From positions 107,106,880 through 107,170,879 of the forward strand of contig NC_068985.1 of assembly GCF_001194135.2 (NCBI RefSeq): DNA of 64,000 nucleotides, given 5' to 3'. Below are positions 37,206-63,449 of the stretch, piece by piece. Made by a program: the position numbers and the translations under genes. The notes beneath the pieces are model-generated. The model saw only the letters and a program-made list of their open reading frames with translations, made no database searches and was not told where the DNA came from. Each line of letters starts with the position of its first letter. Position 1 is the first letter of the stretch. The DNA is from Octopus bimaculoides (Eukaryota).

Positions 37206-38433
37206 TTACAAATCTACAATAGAGACATAGACCTGCATCTATTGCAGAACACCAGTATTATTCTTATATTCTATCCATTACATACACAAGTACAGGCTGC
37301 AGCATCTACTTATGACAACGATACTGTTATTCTCTTCCATATAATAGAAGTTCATGAAGACAAAAAGGTGTTTCATTCCGTCACCAACGAAAATGGGAAA
37401 GTGAGGGAGAAGCTGACTATTTGAAACATATTATTACATCACACAGTGAACAACAACTGCTGATAATGTAGTCCAAGGATTGTTAGGTAAACCAATAAGA
37501 CAGATCATCGGCAACATCGACAGATGACCGATGACTGACAACAATAATAATAATGTCCACTTTCCATGCTGGCATAAGATGGGTAGTTTGACAAAATCTG
37601 ATGAGTCACAATGTCATGTGAAGCTCCAATGACAACTTCGGCATGGTTTCTACAGCTGGATGCCCTTCTTAATGCCAACCACTTTACAGAGTGTACTGGT
37701 TGCTTTTTTCATAGCATTGACAGTTGTGAGGCTGTCAGCTAATTTGCATGTTAGAAAAAGAACAAGAAGAAAAAAAGGGAAACGCTCCCACTATTAAATG
37801 GAGTATTCTCGGGAGGGGAAGGTGGCTTTATGCCAGATGCTGAAAGGCTAAAGATAGAGGGACAAGCACAGGTGTTTTGCTATAGAGAAGATACATGGCA
37901 AACCCCTATTATATATAGAGGTGGGAGGGAGTAGTAGAGAAGGAGATAAATGAAGATAGTGACGGAATGCCAGAGCAAACACTCAAGTTACAAGAATGAA
38001 GGGTTTAGTACAGAAAACTGGACTGAGGTAGCTGAGATATGTGAGTTTATCATCACAAGATAATGATCACAAGTGCAGGCATACCTGTGTGGTAAGAAGT
38101 TTGCTCTTCATCCATTTACCTTGGGAGGGTTCAGTCCTGCTGTGTGACACCTTCAGCAAATATCTTCAACCATAGCTCCAAGCGAAGCAAAGCCTTGTGA
38201 GTAGATTTGGTAGACAGAAAGTCTATGTGATATGTATATAATTGTGTGTGATGTGTTTGTCCTCCATCACCACTTGACAACCAGTGTTGGTTTGTTTACA
38301 TCCCTGTATTTTAGTGGTCCAGCAAAAGAGACCAACAAAATAAGTGTCAAGCTTAAAAATGAAATAAGTATTGGGGTTGATTTGTTCAACTAAATTCTTT
38401 CAAGGCAGTGTCCCATCATGGCCACAGTCTAAT

Positions 38434-39202
38434 CATCATCGTTTAATGTCTGCTTTCCATGCTAGCATGGGTTGGACGATTTGACTGAGGACTGGAGAAC
38501 CAGATGGCTGCACCAGGCTCCAATTTGATTTGGCAGAGTTTCTACAGCTGGATGCCCTTCCACTCTGAGAGTGTAGTGGGTGCTTTTACATGCCACTGGT
38601 TCAAGGGCCAGTCAGGTGCTACTGGCAATGACCACGCTCAAATGATGTTTTTTACATGCCACCTGTACAGGAGCCAGTCCAGCGGCACTGGCAACGACTT
38701 CGCTCGAATGTTTTTTCACGTGCCATTAAGGCGGCACTGATAATGAACATGCTTAAATGGTAGTATTTACATGCCACCGGCATGGAAGCCAGACAGCTGC
38801 TCTGGCAATGATCACGCACAGACAGTGCTGTTAGTGCTCCACTGGCACGGGTGCCAGTCATCAAATTTGGTTCAATTACGATTTCGATTTCACTTGCCCC
38901 CAACAGGTCTTCGCAAGCAGAGTTTAGTGTCCTATGAAGGAAAGGTTGGCATGGATGCCAGTTGTCAAATTTGGTTCGATTTCGATTCCACTTGCCTCAA
39001 CAGGTCTTCGCAAGCAGAGTTTAGTGTCCAATGAAGGAAAGGTATGCATAAGTGGGCTGACTACACCCCTGGCAAAGGCCACGGGTTATGGTCTCACTTG
39101 GCTTGCCGGGTTTTCTCACGCACAGCATATTTCCAAAGGTCTCGGTCACTAAGTATTGCCTCGGTGAGGCCTAATGTTCAAACGTCGTGCTTCACCACCT
39201 CA
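38434..39202 (-). mobile_element. 5'-truncated RTE LINE (ORF2 C-terminus, repeat-containing 3' UTR, (GAT)n tail) inserted into a SINE 3' segment
   Basis: Encodes DEVVKHDV*TLGLTEAILSDRDLWKYAVREKTRQAK*. TSD TCTAAT at 38428-38433 and 39203-39208; the host SINE resumes after the TSD. Related 3' ends at ~240-760, 13112-13520, 17890-18085, 18822-19050, 37545-37720, 41862-42010, 45470-45640, 46340-46505 and 54073-54680. Confidence 0.85.
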
Positions 39203-39829
39203 TCTAATGACTGAAACAATTAAAAGATAAAAGATGTAACTACCAGACCATGAATCTGTGATGAAGACTTTACACTACTGCCCAATCTGCTACTAATAGC
39301 AGCCAAATATCAGAGACAGTATGATGGTTATGGCTGGAGCATTTAATCATAAGTCTACTTGAGCAGACCTATGATCAGAGCTGATCTGGAATTAATTACA
39401 ACTTGATCAAGAGCCAATAAGAGACAATGATCAACTGGTCTATCTCTCAGGGATGCTTCAAGTGAGACAGAATAATAATTTGCACTAATATATATGTATA
39501 TAATTAACCATTTGCAGGATCCAATTGAATCAAGGTATTTTAATAATAAAGACACCAATTTAGGGTCAAGAATAGCATATCCATGTATCAGCAGTATATA
39601 TGAACACTCATACACACAATATACAGGGAAGCCCAAAAGTAGGTTTACAGTTATCATGTAGGAACTTAAAATTTCTTTTAAAACATTTTATTACATTAAA
39701 ATTTCTATCTTACAATTGACTAAGTTAACATAGAATAATGGTTTCATATTTTTTTATAATTAAGACCTAAACTGTTAATATATGAATGCAAAAGAGATAG
39801 TTGAATAACTGTAAACCTACTTTTGGGCC

Positions 39830-39904
<75 letters not shown>

Positions 39905-40683
39905 TTTATGTCAACATATATTCTTTGAGCCAAATCTAAAATGCTAAATTTTAATTCACCCGATGAAAACGGTTTTTTGCATGATGTAATTGATTTGTTC
40001 ATCAACAAAAAAAAAACACATCTGAAACAGCTTTAGTTGAACAAATCAACCATAGGACTTATTCTTTGTAAGCCTAGTACTTATTCTATCGGTCTCTTTT
40101 GTCAAAACACTAAGTTACAGGGACATAAACACACCACCATCGGTTGTCAAGTGATGGTGGGGGTACAAACACACACACATATGACAGGCTTCTTTCAGTT
40201 TCCATCTATTAAATCCACTCACAAGGCTTAGGTCAGCTCAAGGCTATAGTAGAAGACACTTGCCCAAAGTGCCACACAGTGGGACTGAACCCAGAACCAT
40301 ATCGTTGGTAAGCAAGCTACTTACTACACAGCCAATGTAGGTGTGTGTGTGTGTGCGTATCCTAGTGGTTAGGGTGTTGCACTCACAGTCATGGGACCAA
40401 GGATTTGATGCCTAGATTATTTGGTGTATTGTGTTCTTGAGTAAAACACTTTGTTTCTGTTGTTCTGCAATCACTGTGACATGCAAGATGTGGTGCACCA
40501 GGCATAGTGAGTGAGCAAATGTACAACACAACAATTAATCATGGTAAACAAATCATCTGTGCAGGTTGTTCAGCAAGAAATAGCAGAACTGTCTTTCTAA
40601 GCCTTAAGAGACTACCATTGTATGTAGTTATGTACACATATATGTATCTCTCTCTAAATATATGTGTATGTGTGTGAACTTTA

Positions 40684-41198
40684 AGGTTAGTTAAAATATG
40701 TTTGTGACATATTTCAACTTCTAAAAGCAAATTTTCTGCAGTTACCGTGGAGAAAAATTCTCCCTTGTGGTAAAAGGTGTAATAACATATCTGCCCAGTG
40801 TTGCTCTCCATCAGATTCCCAGACACCTTGTTTCTAGCTCTTTAGCTATTATCAATGGGAAATACCAAAGAGAGGTAACTCTGGGTAGATTTAACTAAAA
40901 CACAGTCAACAACATTGACTGAGTTGCACTATTGGACCACCAGGTCTAAGGGAATTCAGCAGTATCAGCGCCAAGCAGTGTTTAGGTAGAAACAAACTCT
41001 AGGTGAGTTAAAGTATGTTTGTGACATATTTCAACTTCTAAAGGCAAATTCACTGCAGTTAACAGAGAGAGAAAAATTCTCTACAGCAAAAGGTGTAAAA
41101 ACATCATATCTGCCCAGTGTTGCCCTCTATTGGATTCCCAGACACTATGTTTCTAGCTCTTTAGCCATTATCAAGGGGAAATACTGAGGTGAGGTAAC
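40684..41198. repeat. ~200-bp diverged direct repeat, period ~317 bp
   Basis: TATGTTTGTGACATATTTCAACTTCTAAA...CATATCTGCCCAGTGTTGC...TGTTTCTAGCTCTTTAGC...GAGGTAAC at ~40684-40879 and ~41001-41198. Confidence 0.8.
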
Positions 41199-41247
41199 AC
41201 ATACATATATATATATATATGCATGAGCAATGTCAAGTTTATCATAT

Positions 41248-41520
41248 TCAGTTGTAACTGACCATGATAAGGCCTAACACTGCAAAAATAGTTCCAGGAA
41301 GAAAATTGTTCATCTTGACTTGTGTAAATATGCATTTAGTTTGGGCTGTGTGTGATGCCATTAGATTGTAGGACATGCATTTCTGCATCATTCCACTTTG
41401 TCAGTTATGATCTAATGATGTCACAATACAAAACAAAGTGAATTTGCACAAGTCTAGTTGAAAATTTTTCTCTCAGGTCTATTTTTGCAGTATTAGGTCT
41501 TACCATATCCAATTACAATC
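41248..41520. repeat. Old degenerate foldback/MITE
   Basis: TGATAAGGCCTAACACTGCAAAAATAG...GACTTGTGTAAAT pairs with ATTTGCACAAGTC...CTATTTTTGCAGTATTAGGTCTTACCA; inner TGTGATGCCATTAGAT/ATCTAATGATGTCACA. Confidence 0.6.
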
Positions 41521-42217
41521 AAATGCATTAAGCATGAGTTTATACATATATATTTTAGTCAAAGCTGCTTCACCATCATCATTGTTTTGATGCCCACTTT
41601 TCTATGCTTGCATGGATCAGAAGGAATTTGTTGAGGTGGATTTTCTAATGTTGAATGCCTCTTCTGTCACTAGCCCTCACCCATTATGAAGTTAAGTGAT
41701 ATCTGCCTATGACCAGACATGTTTTCATGGAAGATCGCAAAGTAAGGACACCGTTTGCATGAAGGTGACACTCATTTACAAGTGTCACATGAAACGAAAC
41801 AGTAATACACATACACACAATACATATATAATGTGTGGCATCGTGTAAATGCATTCTGCAAAGTGGTTGGCATTAGGAAGGGCATCCAGCTGTAGAAACC
41901 ATGCCAAATCAGACTAGGGTCTGGTGCAGCCCCAAGAGCTTGCTAGCTCTGGTCACACCATCCAACCCATGCTAACATGGACAACAGATGTTAAATGATG
42001 ATGATGATGACAGGCTTCTTTCAGTTTCCCTCTACCAAATCCACTCGCAAGGTTTTGGTTGGTCTGGGGCTATAGTAGAAGACACTTGCCCAAGGTGCCA
42101 TGTAGTGTGACTGAACCCAGAAACATAAGGTTGGGAAGCTAACTTTTTACCACACAGCCACACCTGTGTCATTGTGCAACATTAATTTATTAAAACAAAA
42201 AAAAATGTTTTCCTAAG

Positions 42218-42239
42218 TTTATTTCCAAACAAATTTATT
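42218..42239 (-). terminator. Candidate NFS1 polyadenylation signals
   Basis: Two AATAAA hexamers (plus TTTATT at 42218-42223 and 42234-42239) about 570-590 nt past the stop; such hexamers are common in AT-rich DNA. Confidence 0.3.
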
Positions 42240-42806
42240 TAATACAACTTTTTAGAAAATTACAAATTATCTTTACCCATGATTATATGGCAACTTTGGT
42301 AAGTGATCAGCACAAAACTTACAACTAATTTTGATCATTTACACGTTACACTTTGTAGAATGTATAAATTGGAGAAAAAGATCTGAAAGACACACGGAAA
42401 AAAAAAAACATACTTTGACAGAAGATTGAAACTTTGTCATAAATATGCAGAGAATTGAATGGCATCACACAGTACCAGCTATATTTCTTTCATAGCAATA
42501 AAACCCTAAATTCTTCGAACTCAGGATATGAAGCTGGAATAAATACAACAATACTCTTAGACATTTTGTCCAACATTCATAATAAAAATAATAAGCTCAA
42601 AATATCTTTAGAAATAGATTATTATTATTATTATTAATATTATTATTATATATTATGTAATAATGCCACATAGGAGTGTATATTGTCAATTAGAGGTAAG
42701 ACTTGTATGTTTCTTGCAAATATTAGGGGCCAGACACATCGACTTTGCAGAGACAGGCCTGGAAGTAACAGTTGATGGGTACAGTTGAATATTACCACAA
42801 TATCAC

Positions 42807-57425
<14,619 letters not shown>

Positions 57426-58989
57426 CTGTAAATAAATGAGATAACACAAACAGATTAAAAAGTTCAGAAGTTTTATAACAGAAATTGTGTAATATTTTAG
57501 ATATTACACTTGCTTATTAACCTTAATGTTAGAAACTGTACTGATCTAGTTGTTCATTAAATCAACTTACCTCCATATTAAACTTAACTTGCTAGATCTT
57601 AAAACACATTAACCATTCATTTTTTTTAAATGTATTTTATTGCCATCACACACACACACATTTCATACATGTGAGTGTGTGAATGTATTCTCTTATGCAT
57701 TGGTCTCACTGTATCCCAAAATATATTTTTAGTTTCAAAGAAAACAATTTCTTCTTTTTCACTGTTGAGTTTCCAGTAAATGACAACCTCTGTTGAGTGG
57801 AAAATTTTCACTTTCCTGGATCACAAAACAGAAGACTACAGGCCCTCTTTTTAGTACCAGGAGTGAATTGCATGCACAGAAGAATCGCTAAGGAAAATAA
57901 TAACGCTTTAATTTTACGAAAATGGGTTACGTTGTCGAGTGTGTACGTAAACAACGTGCGTGGAAGGACCATATAGAAACAACATGCTACATTCTTTTTT
58001 ACTCTTTTATTCGTTTCAGTCCTTTGACTGCGGCCATGCTGGAGCACCGCCTTTAGTCGAACGAATCGACCCCAGGACTTATTCTTTGTAAGCCTAGTAC
58101 TTATTCTATCGGTCTCTTTTGCCGAACCATTAAGTTATGGGAACGTAAACACACCAGCATCAGCTGTCAAGCAATGGTGTGGGTACAAATACATACATAT
58201 ATATATATATATATACATACATACATATATATATATNNNNNNNNNNNNNNNNNNNNNNNNNNNNNNNNNNNNNNNNNNNNNNNNNNNNNNNNNNNNNNNN
58301 NNNNNNNNNNNNNNNNNNNNNNNNNNNNNNNNNNNNACCCAGAACCATGTGACTGGTAAGCAAGCTACTTACCACACAGCCACTCAGTTCACCCAATTTA
58401 CAAATAAATCGTCATGTTACATAAGTACTTACAAGATTAGTTAAACTCTGTTAATTACACAATTACATGGTATATTTTATAGAGATAAAACATCACACTT
58501 TAGAATTTTTATAGACATTTGAGGATTCTACACATATGATGGAAATAATTATTTCTACACTAGGCACAAGGCCTTGAAAAATTTTGGAGAAGGGGGCTAG
58601 TTGAAGTTCGTGTTCCAATCCTAGTCGATTACATCACCCCAGTGGGTAACAGGTACTTATTTTATCGACCCCGAAAGGATGAAAGGCAAAGTCGATCTCG
58701 GCAGAATATATATCTATATGTATTTATATACATTGGCGCAGGCACGACTGTGTAGTAAGTTTCATTCCCAACCATGTGGTTCTAGGTCCAATCCCTCTGC
58801 ATGGCTGGTACCCAGGGTGTCTTCTACTACTGTAACACCAGGTCAACGAAAACCTTGTGAGTGGAAATGGTAGGCAGAAACTGAAAAAAGCCCATCATTT
58901 ATATGTGTGTGTGTGTGTGTGTAAAGATAGACGAAATACCGCTAAGCATTTCGCACGGCGTGCTAACGTTTCTTATTTCTTTATTGCCC

Positions 58990-59207
58990 ACAAGGGGCTA
59001 AATATAGAGGGGACAAACAAGGACAGACAAAGGGATTAAGTCGATTATATCGACCCCAGTGCGTAACTGGCACTTATTTAACCGACCCCGAAAGGATGAA
59101 AGGCAAAGTCGACCTCGGCGGAATTTGAACTCAGAACGTAACAGCAGACGAAATGCCGCTAAGCATTTCGCCCGGCGTGCTAACGTTTCTGCCAGCTCGC
59201 TGCCTTA
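58990..59207 (-). mobile_element. SINE family E (GGCAG.GAGCTGGCAGAA...GTTCAAATTCC head), representative copy
   Basis: B-box GTTCAAATTCC. Related copies at ~15090-15290(+), 25140-25340(-), 26900-27050(+), 30110-30310(-), 35440-35655(-), 58550-58705(-). Confidence 0.8.
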
Positions 59208-59475
59208 GCACGGTGGAAATAATACTTTATATTAAACCTACGAGTGAGCTTGTTTATTACGATTAATTCCAGTGACTTAATTACCGTTTTATGGTATGCT
59301 TTATAAACAATAATACACAATACAACATATTGTTTCTATGTGGTCCCTTTCGGTTTGTATCGGAGATCGCTGATAACGTAGATTCGACAACTTTACCTCA
59401 ATGGTACGCAACTTATACTAAACAAGCATGTCGGAGGTCAGATTAGTTAAAAATACACGAAAAACCTTGATTACT

Positions 59476-59520
59476 ACCAATTTCATTGGTTAATGTACGA
59501 TCAACATACAAAAAGACTTC
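59476..59520 (-). promoter_or_regulatory. Candidate NFS1 promoter (inverted CCAAT pair, ETS-like core)
   Basis: ACCAAT-TTC-ATTGGT at 59476-59490 and ACTTCC near 59516, in CpG-retaining unique sequence upstream of the NFS1 exons. Motif match only. Confidence 0.3.
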
Positions 59521-60065
59521 CTTTTAAGTGTCAGATAGGTTACTGTTTTGGTCTCAAAGCTTGAACCGCATTTATTTTATATGAGACTTCGATTGCGGAC
59601 GATCTCAAAGCTGAATGCAGGTAAATGAGAGAGGGATTCCCCAACGCTTTATGTATTCATTCATCTTGTTAGAAAGAGCAGCTAAAGCTCCATCATATCA
59701 CATCCTGCATCTTTAAAAAGAGATGGACTCATTGTAGATACATTAAGCCAGGAAATAATAATAATAAAATCTGCGTAGCTACAGTTAGAAAGTCTTATAT
59801 TTTATATATCTGTTCGATCAGCGCAGACCTTGCTTTGCCTTTACGCAGTCGTTCGATATGCTTGAAATAGCATCTAAATACTCCCTAAAAATCATTGTTA
59901 TCCTAAAAAAGGAAGCACATGTAAGATAGATATAACTACAGTTTGGTGTGCTTACCCAGATTTTGTTTCCTTTAACTTTCTGAGAAATGCATAATTTCTA
60001 ATACATTTTACAGAAACAGTTTTCGAGGATGTACCTCAGAATTATGTTGATAATTTTTCTTTCTT

Positions 60066-60104
<39 letters not shown>

Positions 60105-60468
60105 AATATTAGAGAAGTTTCGGATTGTACTTTCTCTACATCGTCCTGACCTCGTTATCGCTAATTTCTGTGTGACTATCATTTTTCACTTTTTCTCTTC
60201 AGACTTTTATACTTGAAACATCAACATTACGTAATCGTATTTCTGCGAAATGTCATTTAAAAACATGCATTTTAAGGAGAATTATGAAGAAACAAAGTTG
60301 GAAGGAAGAAGAGAATGATCTGAAGTTCTTTCAATTTTTTTTTTTTTTTTAATGTCATCAGCATAATCACAATCTACTCCTTTGAAAAGGAATCCAAAAA
60401 GTTATGAAGAAATAAAGTTGGGGAAGGAACTTTAGTTATGCTGTCTTACTTTGAACAGGATAACCACG

Positions 60469-60657
60469 GCTAGAACCGGTGCTGCCTTAGGGCATGGACA
60501 CACTGCGCAGTTACCCAGGGCTCCATATAGGTCTAGGGGCTCTATTTTTATTTATGTATTTTGTAGCACGCTGTCAATAAATGCTAAATACTAGAGGACT
60601 TAGTGCCCTGAATTACCCAGGGAGCTATGATGTTGCTAAGACGGTCCTGGTTAGAAC
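60469..60657. mobile_element. Degenerate hAT-type MITE
   Basis: 8-bp TSD G(C/T)TAGAAC at 60469-60476 and 60650-60657; imperfect 14-bp TIRs (CGGTGCTGCCTTAG vs CAGGACCGTCTTAG). Confidence 0.5.
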
Positions 60658-61596
60658 ATCGTTAATCATAGATGTGCTCGGTCAGAATTGACCTTGGTTT
60701 GAATGAAAACAAGTATCACAATCGGAGAACTTCCATGGAAATTAAAACATAACACAAGTATTAATGATAAAAGTAAGTAGAGCAAGACATACCTGCTTCG
60801 AACACATTGGTACGGTGTAGACATCTACATAAGTATTTGTTGGTGATAGAAGAAAGGGAGTGAGATCGAATGAAAGGGACAACTTTGTTGGTCAGCATGC
60901 TGGTTAACATCAACATGCGCAACACACGAAACGGTGCGGTCGTGTTTATATAATGTTATATTCAACTACAGACGGTAAATGCTCCTCACTACAATCAAAC
61001 GCTAATGACAAGACGTTCTTTTTCGCACCATTCTCACACAGGGCTCCTGTTCGACATTTTTTTTTTTTTTTTTTTGCGAAAATTGAATAAAGTTTCGGTC
61101 CAGATGGACAATATGTAATCTGAACCTTTCCCCCTTCATTTATTTTTTTTTTTTTTACGGAATCTCACGTTTTAGGCTATGGAGATTCCGATTCTGAAAA
61201 ATTTTTTTCAAAAATCTCAAATTCAAAATTTCGATTCACCCCTCCCCCATTTCCTCATTTTTCATATTTTCCGGAATTTTTTCTCTTTTTTTTTTTTGCA
61301 AAATGCGTAAAAAAATAGGGAGATTAAGATTCTGAAAAAAAATTGTTTGAAAAATTTCAATCCCCCTCCCCCTCAAGCAGGCTATTTACATGCTAGAAAT
61401 AACAGCCAAATCTCACAAAACTGCGATAACATAAAGCAAGAAATGTGTAATCAATCTACTCACCTTTCTGCAGAGATTTCTTTCAGAGTAATTTCCCGCA
61501 GTTATATGAAATTAGAGCGTGTTTTTTTTCTTTTTTCTTTTTCAGAAATATGAGTTTTGTCGAGAAGTGTGTTCGGAGAAGCCGTGCTGGTGGAGT

Positions 61597-62433
61597 TTAG
61601 GGAGGATAAACTTCCGCAATGTGTTCGAGAAATGTATAGAAATTCTCAAAGTTTTTCTTCGCAGTAAATCCATACATTTCTCGATACATTGACTCATCAA
61701 CGAGGGACCATTTCACGTCACCCGATGATCCAGTCACATACTTCAGCCGTCTTTTAAAACGGGACCAATAGGCCTCAGTGTGATTCGTACAAGCGCCAGT
61801 TTCAGGGTCGACGAAATTCGTTGAGTGGTTAACCGTTCTGTGTATGTAACCCAGCTGTTGTAGATTCCTATAGCTGGCCCATTTGTCAGTATGTACTATA
61901 GTACCCGGTAACACATTTTCAATAATAACGGCTTCAAGTGTTGCTGCGCTTCTATCAGGCACACATTGAGGGAACCCTTTTTTTCACAGTGGTGTCATAG
62001 CACCCGACAACTCACGTTTGATGGCCTATTCTCCATACGTGGCTCTTCCTTTTAAAGAGCAAGCTCTCATCTATTTCTACCTCATGACATGGACCACTGG
62101 ATCGCAGTTTTATTATCTACTCCGGTGTAAAAAGCCGCAGTAGATATAGGTGCCTCGAACACGAAATGGAAGACAATGTGAAATATTTTCTGTAAGGACA
62201 ACTTTGACTTTTCCATAAAAGTCTTTGTCCTTATTGAAATATTTTTCTTACAATTTCCGCACTGCCACACACTGCCACACAAATCCATCCAGCGATCTGG
62301 CCGACTTCTTCAAAGTCATATCGTGTGTGCAAATGCACGTTTTACAGGTGGCAATAATGCCGTTGCCTTTCAAAAATTCGAGTATTCTTTCTGGAGCAAG
62401 CTGCTTCAATACTTCTTCAAGTGGCAAACACAT
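61597..62433 (-). mobile_element. Merlin-superfamily (IS1595/ISXO2-like) DDE transposase pseudogene
   Basis: Zn-ribbon-like N-terminus (CKTCICTHDM...WQCGNC), EVEIDES, VPDRSAATL..VI.ENVLPGTIVHTDKWASY..L...GYIHRTVNHS.NFVDPETGACTNHTEAYWSRFK (D-D-E triad present). Disrupted by a 10-bp duplication, a deletion/frameshift and a TGA at a conserved Trp. Confidence 0.92.
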
Positions 62434-63416
62434 TTTCAATTCCACGAACACGATCCTTTGCGCTGGTTAACAGATTCCTTGTCAATGGTCAAATGATTCT
62501 CTTTTAGGGTTGTGCACACGTGCGAAAAAGGGAACAATTTGTTCGCAATTGATGCTGTTGGTGCTATTTTTGCCGTCGTTGTTGTATTGGTTGTTGTTGT
62601 TGTTGTTGTTGTTGTTGTGGTGGTGGTGGTGGTGGTTGCCGTCGTTTCCTTTGCTGTTGGCAATAGGCTTTGAGGCGATTTATGTTCCAACACAAGTGAC
62701 AGCTCGGTTTTCTCTCCTCAACAGCCACATAAAGCTTTGTGCTATCTGCTATGAAGTCAAGGATGGCTTTGACACTTGGCGGATCTGCTTGTATTAACAA
62801 CTGAATACTTTGTCCTAACACCCAGTGCGAAACCGATTGGTAGGATCGGCCGTAACAGACAGATAATACTGTATACTTCAATTAATATACTCATTCAGTA
62901 GACAGATATACGAATGCATGTTTTTCCTGACTTGCGGATACTTAGACGGCCATATATATAAAACAGATTTGATAAATATTGAGGGGAGAGGAGGTGAGGG
63001 AATCACCCATACATTCATACATACATCCCTATACACATACATTCTTATAAACACCATATACAGGCATACTCAAATATACGTATATACAATAGTCCATCGA
63101 TATATAAATACAAACAAAATTATTTCACCGTACACATCCTTAGTGATTCTCGTTCATGTAAAAATATGCGTACACACCATATAGGCATGTATGATCACCT
63201 CCACACACACAAACACAAATACCCACTCTCTCTCTCGCGCACACACACACACACGCACACGCAAGCACACACACACACACACACATATAGACGCAGGCAT
63301 AATTGTGTAGTAAGAAGCTTCTTCCCAACCATATGGTTCCGGTTTCAGCTCCACTATAGCCTCGAGCCTTGTAGGTGGATTTGGCAGACGGAAACTGAAA
63401 GAAGCCCTCTCATATA

Positions 63417-63448
<32 letters not shown>

Positions 63449-63449
<1 letters not shown>

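Noticed and set aside
38580-39030. Regularly spaced repeats that could suggest a CRISPR-like array (also 13260-13520, 54240-54670, 37025-37205)
   Set aside because: Eukaryotic context, degenerate head-to-tail units without unique spacers, no cas genes.
59396-59429. ATG CTT GTT TAG followed by an open frame; considered A-to-I stop recoding (UAG to UIG) to create the NFS1 N-terminus
   Set aside because: The resulting donor is phase 0 and does not join the NFS1 frame; more simply a short uORF or chance.
62436-62881. Poly-Thr, poly-Leu and poly-Gln/Pro ORFs
   Set aside because: All three are frames of one (GTT)n(GGT)n microsatellite upstream of the Merlin relic.
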